From positions 62,029 through 126,028 of the IMG/VR virus record IMGVR_UViG_3300021387_000072: a stretch of 64,000 nucleotides of DNA; one strand, 5' to 3'. Positions 1 to 7,157 of the stretch are shown piece by piece (position 1 is the first letter of the stretch; every line of letters begins with the position of its first letter). Position numbers and translations under genes: made by a program. The notes under the pieces are model-generated. The model searched no databases and was not told the DNA's origin. It saw only the letters and a list, made by a program, of their open reading frames with translations. The stretch comes from a virus. Its lineage: Duplodnaviria; Caudoviricetes.

Positions 1-344
1 GCAACCCAGCCACTGCAGTCTGAAAGATGACTGTGGTCAAATTCAGTCATCCCGAAAGGGATGCATATAGTGAACTTCATCCAGCATGTCTTGCACAACA
101 TGTTGGATGATTATAGCGGATGTTCACCCCAGACTGATGAACCGCCTGCAACAGGCGTGAATTGTTGCTACCCACATGCAGTGTTTGTGCAGACACTGTA
201 TGTGGGTATTTTTTTTCTTACTTGGCCTAAACAGCATGTGTCATCGTGACACATGTGATATCTTCACCAAACGCGGCAAGGCCGCTACTTGGTGATGTGG
301 AGAAGACGTTCTCCAAAAATATATAAAGACTTTGGAGGTTTATC

Positions 345-542
345 ATGGAAAATAAAGTTTATCTTGTACAGGTGCACTTCTTCATGTTCAACAGTTATGA
401 ATGGGAAGAGGATATAACTCCTGTGAAGGTGTTTCGCAATCTGAAAGATGCCGAGGCTTTTCAGAAAGAAAAGATGGCATCTTTCCCTAAGGAAAAGTAT
501 AGAGACCATGAAGTCTCTATTACTGAACTGCCGATTTCCTGA
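345..542 (+). CDS. Hypothetical protein, 65 aa
   Basis: ORF with GGAGG RBS, followed by a terminator. Confidence 0.65.
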   Translation: MENKVYLVQVHFFMFNSYEWEEDITPVKVFRNLKDAEAFQKEKMASFPKEKYRDHEVSITELPIS

Positions 543-548
543 ATCATC

Positions 549-589
549 ATAATGCTCACCGCTGTGATTGGCGGTGAGCATTATTTTTT
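549..589 (+). terminator. Rho-independent terminator
   Basis: ataatgctcaccgc / gcggtgagcattat perfect stem followed by a T-run. Confidence 0.8.
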
Positions 590-621
590 CTCCTCATTCG
601 AAAATTGCTGTAATGGGAGAA
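587..621 (+). promoter_or_regulatory. Conserved 35-bp upstream element, copy 1 (copy 2 at 13612-13646)
   Basis: tttctcctcattcgaaaattgctgtaatgggagaa; 33/35 identical to the copy before the RNA polymerase gene. Confidence 0.7.
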
Positions 622-638
622 AAGAAAGGATGATGTAT

Positions 639-1256
639 ATGGTAAACCCACCTGAGGTTATACACTTCAACAACTTCAAAGGTGTATCTCATAAATCTAT
701 TGTCACTGAGATAATAGACAAGTTTGGCCTTAAAGAAGAAGAGGCCAAACTGCTCATGCTGTATGGATGTTGTAGCAACAGGTTTGCTCCATCAAAACAG
801 TATATTGAGAATAAGACTGGCATTCTCAAAGAACATGTCAGTCGTGTTCGCAAGAAACTGGTAGATGATGGATTCATTGAATACAGCAATGAGAATGGCG
901 TATATACAATCTATCTTGACTGGCAACAGTTAAGAGATCTTGCAAGCGTTCCTGCAGACAAAGTTGGCAAGAAGAAGACCAGGATTGTGGCAAAGGTAGA
1001 TCACAACTGGACTCCCAAGTATGCTTACTTCAACAATAAGCATATGTCGGATGAGACCAAGATGATGCTCTTTGCCAGTGAATTCTGGAACATTCCTCTC
1101 AATAACATTTACCCTGAAGAAGACGAGACATTTGGAATGTCTAAAGAGTTCCTTGCTCAAAAAGCAAAGGATGCTCATGAGTTCTTCTATGAGGGTGGAT
1201 TTGAGAGGGAATTCCCTGAAGTGGCTCAGATGGACTTCGGTCCTGTACCCTTTTAA
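639..1256 (+). CDS. Winged-HTH DNA-binding protein, possibly replication-initiator-like
   Basis: PSKQYIENKTGILKEHVSRVRKKLVDDGFI HTH pattern; AAGGA RBS favours a start at 639 over 552. Confidence 0.55.
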   Translation: MVNPPEVIHFNNFKGVSHKSIVTEIIDKFGLKEEEAKLLMLYGCCSNRFAPSKQYIENKTGILKEHVSRVRKKLVDDGFIEYSNENGVYTIYLDWQQLRDLASVPADKVGKKKTRIVAKVDHNWTPKYAYFNNKHMSDETKMMLFASEFWNIPLNNIYPEEDETFGMSKEFLAQKAKDAHEFFYEGGFEREFPEVAQMDFGPVPF

Positions 1257-1931
1257 TAATCCACATTTCTGCGGAATATTTAGTTATAATTCTATATATA
1301 AAATAGTTATAGAATTATATCTAAAAATAGCGAAAAATGGGTTCCATATTATTAATGGGGGAAAATACTCGTGTTTGGTTTTGAGGGGAACTCTGTCATG
1401 GAGTCAGGAGAGACTGGCGTGGAACAGTTCTTTCTATGTTCCATTTCCTCTCCATTCCTCCTCTCCTCCTCCACTTCCTCTCACCTCGTGAGAGCATCTC
1501 TACAAACCCACTAAGCAGACGCTAAATGCGAGTGAACTTGATACCGTCAAGTGAACGAGCATTTAGCGTAGCGTCTTCACACACTTTTAGTTTTAATACT
1601 GACTAGTGTAAGACCACTGCTGATCTGCATCGCTTGTCGCGTCTCCAAAAGAGCGACAGCGATGCGACTACCTCTTTGTTCCGAAACAAAAATTGAATAT
1701 AAACATCTCTCTTCTTATCATCCCCATGCTTCTCGCTTGCGTTGGTCTCAGCGATCGCATGGGGATTACTCGTGTTGTTCCTTTATCTCTCTGTTTGTTA
1801 AACCCATATGACTCTGTGGAGTATAACATCTTTTCTTTCTTCGCCTTACGGCTCGAAAGAAAAGAGTGACATAAGGGTTTTTAGAGATAAAGCCGCGAGA
1901 ATTTGAAAAATTTGTGTTGTCCTCTCCCCAT

Positions 1932-1957
1932 CCCCTCGCACGGCGAGGGGCTTGGTG
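1932..1957 (+). repeat. GC hairpin repeat, copy 1 (cccctcgc-NNN-gcgagggg-cttgg)
   Basis: Near-identical copies at 4228, 4454 and 40537. Confidence 0.85.
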
Positions 1958-2235
1958 AGGTGGTGGTTTCAAAATCTAAATAGAAAGAGGTTGATTCCAT
2001 TGTCCCAAAGAAAGCCCTGCAGGTGAAATAAGGGCAAAAAAACATCGGGTGCCTGCATGGTCACTCATACTGGAATTGCTAGTTCGCCAGTATGACTTCT
2101 CGTGGATAGTGAACTAGCCGTAGGTGAATCGAAAAGCCCAGCCAGACTACAGGCGTTGTATGTAGTCAGGGATGCGTCAAAGAAATGGTTGGCGCAAGAT
2201 GCGTAGATGAGAGGTGGCGTAAGCGCATCAAATAT

Positions 2236-2307
2236 CCGGGTATGGTGCAGTGGTAGCACGCCTGATTTGGGATCAGGAGGCCGCAGGTTCGAATCCTGCT
2301 ACTCGGA
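2236..2307 (+). tRNA. tRNA-Pro (UGG)
   Basis: Cloverleaf: ccgggta/tactcgg acceptor, gtgc/gcac D stem, cctga-tttggga-tcagg anticodon arm, gcagg-ttcgaat-cctgc T arm. Confidence 0.95.
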
Positions 2308-2334
2308 CTTATTTTTATATTAGGAGGTATCCCC

Positions 2335-2736
2335 ATGTTCTTCAATGTTTCCAATCACCCCATCTTTGCTGAAAAGAGCACCTGGTCTGAAGAGCAGAAA
2401 GCCGTCGCCCAGCATATGGGCGGCAAGCTGGTAGATGTGCCTTTCCCGGTAATCACTCCTGACATGACAGATGGAAGACTCAGAGGTATCTGTCATGAGA
2501 TAGCTCGTGACCTCGCAGGTTCAGTACCATATGGCGATGCAAAAGTCGCCATGGTTGCTGGCGAGTATGCCGCTACAATTCTGCTCATTGCAGAGCTTCA
2601 GCTTTACGGTTTCACCTGTGTATTCGGACAGAGTGAACGCGTAGCTGAAGAAAGGATTGAAGACGGCAAGGTAGTCGTAGTCCACAAGTTTGTCTTCAAA
2701 GGATTCAGGACAGCTCCTGCAATTCAGCTCGTGTAA
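2335..2736 (+). CDS. Csx20/Csx15-like CRISPR-associated ring-nuclease-family protein
   Basis: N-terminal NxSNHP..WSEEQ, VPFP, AGE, SER..E..DG....F.F..FR pattern. Confidence 0.55.
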   Translation: MFFNVSNHPIFAEKSTWSEEQKAVAQHMGGKLVDVPFPVITPDMTDGRLRGICHEIARDLAGSVPYGDAKVAMVAGEYAATILLIAELQLYGFTCVFGQSERVAEERIEDGKVVVVHKFVFKGFRTAPAIQLV

Positions 2737-2795
2737 AACGCTCGCCCTCACGTTATTGAGGGCATTTTCCATTTTGAAACAAAGGAGGTATCGCC

Positions 2796-2978
2796 ATGGA
2801 AGATCGCTGTATTTGCTGTGGTGCAATTATCCCCGAAGGAAGACAAGTTTGTGTTATTTGTGAAAGGAGAATCATTCATGAAAACGGTTACAATGAGTGC
2901 ACATGGTCCTTATCAGCAGAAAGCGGTAGTGATAGCAACGTTTACAACAGTAGAACAGGCAAATATGTTCCGCACTGA
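2796..2978 (+). CDS. Small Zn-finger protein
   Basis: CxCCG..IPEGRQVCxxC; AGGAGG RBS. Confidence 0.55.
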   Translation: MEDRCICCGAIIPEGRQVCVICERRIIHENGYNECTWSLSAESGSDSNVYNSRTGKYVPH

Positions 2979-3072
2979 ATGCGAAAATCTTCATGACAGA
3001 GATATGTATGCAATGAAGACTATCGCACGCAACATGGAAGGCCTGATCGGCCTGACTCATCGTATCGAGTGA
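2878..3072 (+). CDS. Hypothetical protein
   Basis: GAAAGGAG RBS before ATG 2878; terminator follows. Confidence 0.55.
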   Translation: MKTVTMSAHGPYQQKAVVIATFTTVEQANMFRTECENLHDRDMYAMKTIARNMEGLIGLTHRIE

Positions 3073-3076
3073 TCCT

Positions 3077-3110
3077 TTGAGGAGAAGTGACAGCTTCTCC
3101 TCTTTTTTTT
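3077..3110 (+). terminator. Rho-independent terminator
   Basis: gaggagaag / cttctcctc stem followed by a T-run. Confidence 0.8.
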
Positions 3111-3185
3111 ATCGACAGCTCTCAGGCGTGAGTAACCGCCTGAGAGGCTGTCTTGGAGATGTAGAAAATAAAGGAGGTATCGTTA

Positions 3186-3605
3186 ATGAAAATTTATATT
3201 GGTGGTTCAGATAGCGTTCTCTCACTTGATACATGGACAATGAATAAGCTTGATAGCATGATGCACAAAGGCTATCAAATCTTAGTTGGTGACAGCACTA
3301 TGACTGACAGACTTATTCAAAGCTATTTGTTAGTCTGTAAGTACAGGAATGTACTTGTATATTGCAAAGAACGTCCAAAGATCAATATTGGAGACTTTTG
3401 CGAAGTCATGTGTATGCATGACAATGCCAATAAAGTGCATATGGCAATTGATTGCGATTATGCACTCATGATTGGAAATGATATCTCTGAATACAAGATT
3501 GAGATTACAAATGTCAATCATTGTGGCAAATGCTGTGCATGTCACATGCCCAGCACAGATAATTGTGTTGTTGTGAAACCTTCAGAGGAGGTGTCAGCCG
3601 CATGA
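3186..3605 (+). CDS. SLOG-like (YspA/DprA-related) nucleotide-binding protein
   Basis: KIYIGGS...ILVGD...D..IQ.YL pattern; AGGAGG RBS; overlaps the NADAR start. Confidence 0.45.
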   Translation: MKIYIGGSDSVLSLDTWTMNKLDSMMHKGYQILVGDSTMTDRLIQSYLLVCKYRNVLVYCKERPKINIGDFCEVMCMHDNANKVHMAIDCDYALMIGNDISEYKIEITNVNHCGKCCACHMPSTDNCVVVKPSEEVSAA

Positions 3606-4078
3606 TCAAAGAATTTAAGAATGAATATTTCTTCTTATCAAACATGTATCCCTGTAAAATTCTGTACAAAGGACTTGTATATAAATCTGCTGAAAGTGCA
3701 TTTCAGGCTCAGAAGGTATTAGAGCCTGAAATGCAAGAGCAATTTACTGAACTGAGTGGACCAGAAGCAAGAAAGTTCGGTAAATATCATGTCACTCTCA
3801 GAAGTGACTGGCCTCAGGTAAAAGAAGAAATCATGTTAGACATTGTCCGCACTAAATTTGAACAGCATCCTGCCCTTATGGAGAAGCTCCTCGATACTAA
3901 GCAGGAGCTTCTTTATGAAGGTAATACCTGGAAGGATAAATATTGGGGAGTAGATCTCCGTACTCTTGAAGGTGAAAACAAATTAGGAAATATCCTTATG
4001 CAGGTAAGACAAGAAGCAAAAATTAAATGGAAGGAGCGTAATAAATGCTTATCGGCATATCAGTTATTATGTTCATAG
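3602..4078 (+). CDS. NADAR family protein (YbiA-like)
   Basis: FLSNMYP, SAESAFQAQK, RSDW, KFEQH, EGNTWKDKYWG, GENKLGNILM motifs. Confidence 0.93.
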   Translation: MIKEFKNEYFFLSNMYPCKILYKGLVYKSAESAFQAQKVLEPEMQEQFTELSGPEARKFGKYHVTLRSDWPQVKEEIMLDIVRTKFEQHPALMEKLLDTKQELLYEGNTWKDKYWGVDLRTLEGENKLGNILMQVRQEAKIKWKERNKCLSAYQLLCS

Positions 4079-4227
4079 TATCTTGTATCATGAATTTCTT
4101 TGCAGAAAATGAAAACAATGAAGCATCTGCAAAAGAGGCCAGGATTACACTCTTGGCCTCTTTTGCTATGTTCATTGCATCAATCATTACTTCTTGCTTG
4201 TTCTAATCCACGTTCGGCTTTCGCCAT

Positions 4228-4253
4228 CCCCTCGCATGGCGAGGGGCTTGGTG
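4228..4253 (+). repeat. GC hairpin repeat, copy 2
   Basis: cccctcgc-atg-gcgagggg-cttggtg. Confidence 0.85.
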
Positions 4254-4453
4254 GTGTGGGGTGTTGACGAACATTCCATTTCTTTCATGATGACCTCCTT
4301 TCATGATGAAGCCATCTGCGCACCGATCCGCAGATGGCGCATCAGGTCAATAGGGAACAATTGAAAACAAATTTCAATTTGTTCGTGAGTGCAAATCTCA
4401 CAGACCTGTTAGTTCGAAAGTGTTGGCGTTCATGATTCTCCATGGCCTGAGGC

Positions 4454-4478
4454 CCCCTCGCACGGCGAGGGGCTTGGG
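4454..4478 (+). repeat. GC hairpin repeat, copy 3
   Basis: cccctcgc-acg-gcgagggg-cttggg. Confidence 0.85.
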
Positions 4479-4764
4479 GTTGTGGAGAAAAGATATTTCT
4501 ACAAAAAATGAAATATCATGAAACCTAAATATCCTAATATGATTTGAATATGCCTATTTTGCATGAACAAAGATTTCGTGCAAATAGGCAATTTCAGATA
4601 TGAAATGGGATGATTGGAATATGCGCAATTCCGGTCATCCTAGCCTGTGAATAGCCATTATGGTGAAGGCGTCAGGCCCTGAAAGGATACAAATCGCCTC
4701 GTAGGAAATTTCCAATTTTATGAGCCATCTACGCAAGGTAGATGTGAAGAAAAGGAGAAGTAAC

Positions 4765-5268
4765 ATGATCAGCACTACTATTATTGGTAATCTCTGCTCT
4801 GAACCCGTCCTTCGTGAAATCCAGCTCAAGTCTGGTGACATCGTGAAGGCTTGCAACTTCCGCGTAGCCGTGAATAACCCCTACAACAAGGCAAAAGATC
4901 AGATAAGTGATAAGGATGTAATGTACATCCAGATCACTGCATGGCGTGGACTTGCAAACGCCGCAAAGCAGTACCTGCACACCGGTTCCAAAGTCTATGT
5001 GGAAGGAATCATGCAGGCACAGCTTGGAGAGGATAAGAATGGAAATCACTATGCGAATAACGTTATGAACGCGAATCGCGTGGAATTCCTTTCTCCCAAG
5101 CGCACTGAGCAGACAGACGATATGGTGATCCCTCCGGATGTTGAGGAAGAAGCAGTTGAAGAACCTGCTCCTGCACCTGCTCCTGCACCCAAGAAGGCTT
5201 CACCCAAGAAGGCCGCACCTGCAAAGGCAAAGAAGCCTGCAGTTGATCCCAACAACCTGCCCTTCTGA
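4765..5268 (+). CDS. ssb: Single-stranded DNA-binding protein 1
   Basis: IIGNLCSEP OB fold, AW..LA, GSKVYVEG, Pro/Ala/Lys linker, C-terminal LPF; AAGGAG RBS. Confidence 0.9.
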   Translation: MISTTIIGNLCSEPVLREIQLKSGDIVKACNFRVAVNNPYNKAKDQISDKDVMYIQITAWRGLANAAKQYLHTGSKVYVEGIMQAQLGEDKNGNHYANNVMNANRVEFLSPKRTEQTDDMVIPPDVEEEAVEEPAPAPAPAPKKASPKKAAPAKAKKPAVDPNNLPF

Positions 5269-5286
5269 GTTTATGTGATCTTAGCG

Positions 5287-5370
5287 TAAGGCTGAGATGT
5301 TGAGTACTGAGCCGATGATGAAATCAGATCATCATCATCGGCTTGTACCACATCTCAGCCTTATTTTTTT
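5287..5370 (+). terminator. Long hairpin with T-run (terminator-like)
   Basis: taaggctgagatg...catctcagcctta outer stem, agccgatgatga/tcatcatcggct inner stem, then T-run. Confidence 0.65.
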
Positions 5371-5416
5371 GTGAATTACTCCAAGATATAGGCGTTACGA
5401 GAAAGAAGGATTAAAT

Positions 5417-5542
5417 ATGGATGATTTTTATTCAGTAATGCACGATGTTTATTCGTATTCATGTGATTCATCCAAGTACGATGGTGAATACTGGGATGAC
5501 AAGGACTTTGAAGACGATGAAGATGACGATGATGACTGGTAG
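5417..5542 (+). CDS. 41-aa highly acidic peptide (below the ORF-track cutoff)
   Basis: MDDFYSVMHDVYSYSCDSSKYDGEYWDDKDFEDDEDDDDDW; GAAGGA RBS. Confidence 0.5.
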   Translation: MDDFYSVMHDVYSYSCDSSKYDGEYWDDKDFEDDEDDDDDW

Positions 5543-5658
5543 TTTTAATTAAAAGTCCTGTCACTGTGTAAGTTTTTTGATTCAAATTTCGATTCTAATT
5601 TATCGGTTGATAATTTATTCAACCTCAAATATAGAATTCAAATTTGAATCAAAAACTC

Positions 5659-5928
5659 ATGAAACTTCCAGCAACCTAAATTTCAATGGTTTGTAGAATA
5701 GCTGGTACCTCGAAACATCTGGAGATCACATAGGTCTCCAGATGATGCGCGGTTTACAAAGACATGAAGTTTACGCGCCATCCAATTTTTATGAAACCTT
5801 CTGTCAGATTCATAATGAACAGATAAAACCATGTTGATCTTGTTATGTGTGGAGCCAATCCTTCAAGCTGAGAAGCACGTAACCTTCCGTGATCGTGGGA
5901 GTGCGGTTTACATCAATGAGGTTTACGC
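5659..5928 (+). ncRNA. Two tandem related structured-RNA-like units (5659-5776, 5791-5928)
   Basis: Both start atgaaacYt and end gcggtttaca-N3-5-atgaRgtttacgc, with complementary ends. Confidence 0.5.
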
Positions 5929-5935
5929 ACACTTT

Positions 5936-6008
5936 GGACCTGTAGCTCATCGGTGAGAGCAGTGGCCTTATAAGCCATGTGTAGATGGTCCGACTCCATC
6001 CAGGTCTA
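5936..6008 (+). tRNA. tRNA-Ile (UAU), atypical T-loop
   Basis: ggacctg/caggtct acceptor, gctc/gagc D stem, gtggc-cttataa-gccat anticodon arm, gatgg-tccgact-ccatc T arm. Confidence 0.85.
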
Positions 6009-6195
6009 CTCATTTCTATGAAAGGAATGATTCATATGATCTAATTAGTGTTGTCTAATTATGTCACCGTGTTATGAAAAAGGAGTTTAGCATGAATACA
6101 GCAAGAAGTCCGACGTGAAGATTATCGTATTAACTTTTTTTTCAAATCAATAATCAACAAAAAAATCAAGAAATGCCTGATAAAAAGAAAGAAGG

Positions 6196-6816
6196 ATGTA
6201 TATGTACCGTTTCGTAGTTTCTAATTCTCTTAATCGCAAGACCATCATGGTTGATGGCACCAAGACCGTCGCTGAACTGTTCGCAGAAGCCGGCATTGAA
6301 ATCGGCCATGCAACTCCCAATATCAATGGCAGGCTGATCAAGGACACCAGCACTGTCATCGATACCCTGAACCTGGATCCCAACGGAACCTATCGCATTG
6401 CGGCAATTGAGAAGGGTGACAATGCCGCAAATATGACTGTCAAGGGCAATGTCCTGACTGTCGTATCCAGCTTCACTCTGGAAACCCTGAAGGCCATTGA
6501 AGAGTATGATGCTGATTGCCTGACCATGTACAATGAGCAGGAAGAACCCTCCTTCGCCATCTCTCTGGTCCCCGGCAGTGGCAACTTCAACAACTGGTCC
6601 GTTGACTTCGGTGAGTACACCGATGCAGAAGGTCATGCCATGGCCCAGCTGTTTGTCGATCTTCCTGAGGAAGATGCAGGCAAGTATATCATGGCCCAGT
6701 ATGGAATGGCTCTCTACAAGCTCAATGAGCTGGAGACCTTCCTCACTGACAGCAAGATCGTCGAAAAGATGCAGGACTACAAGGCAAAGCTGGAATCTAT
6801 GATCACCTTTGAGTGA
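6196..6816 (+). CDS. Putative ubiquitin-like (beta-grasp) domain fused to a C-terminal domain
   Basis: N-terminal ~75 aa has a beta-grasp pattern (RKTIMVDGTKTVAELFAEAGI...INGRLI...) ending KGDNA; sits upstream of E2-like, JAB and E1 genes. Confidence 0.55.
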   Translation: MYMYRFVVSNSLNRKTIMVDGTKTVAELFAEAGIEIGHATPNINGRLIKDTSTVIDTLNLDPNGTYRIAAIEKGDNAANMTVKGNVLTVVSSFTLETLKAIEEYDADCLTMYNEQEEPSFAISLVPGSGNFNNWSVDFGEYTDAEGHAMAQLFVDLPEEDAGKYIMAQYGMALYKLNELETFLTDSKIVEKMQDYKAKLESMITFE

Positions 6817-6828
6817 TTGGCCTGACAC

Positions 6829-6866
6829 AAGAAAGCCTGCCTGTAAAAGGGCAGGCTTTCTTTTTT
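6829..6866 (+). terminator. Rho-independent terminator
   Basis: aagaaagcctgcc / ggcaggctttctt followed by a T-run. Confidence 0.8.
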
Positions 6867-6895
6867 ACAGTTATGACGTAGAAAGGAGAATACAA

Positions 6896-7087
6896 ATGAG
6901 TAAAATAAGAAAAGTATATATGCTTGTTTACGATGGTACAGATCTTGTTGACATCGCATATTCCAAAGGCAAAGCAAAGCTCATGGTAAAACATGAATAT
7001 CCTTACTGCGATATCATAGAAGGATATATGGAAATCAATGACAATAAGAAAACAAACAAAGCAGCGGATGATGAGTTGCCATTCTGA
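6896..7087 (+). CDS. Small protein with SSB-like acidic C-terminal tip (DDELPF)
   Basis: GAAAGGAG RBS before ATG 6896. Confidence 0.65.
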   Translation: MSKIRKVYMLVYDGTDLVDIAYSKGKAKLMVKHEYPYCDIIEGYMEINDNKKTNKAADDELPF

Positions 7088-7157
7088 TATGGACATAAAG
7101 GTTATATGCAGTTCGATTCTGCAATGTCTGCTTAAATAATAAAAAGGAGAAGTTATT

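Noticed and set aside
134-162. Hammerhead ribozyme core (ctgatga-stem-gaa)
   Set aside because: It is followed by GAAT rather than GAAA, and I could not build stems I and III.
3116-3150. Similarity of intergenic hairpin tcaggc...accgcctga to the unit 2 msd hairpin tip
   Set aside because: The match is too short and is expected by chance among GC hairpins, so it is not evidence of msDNA targeting.
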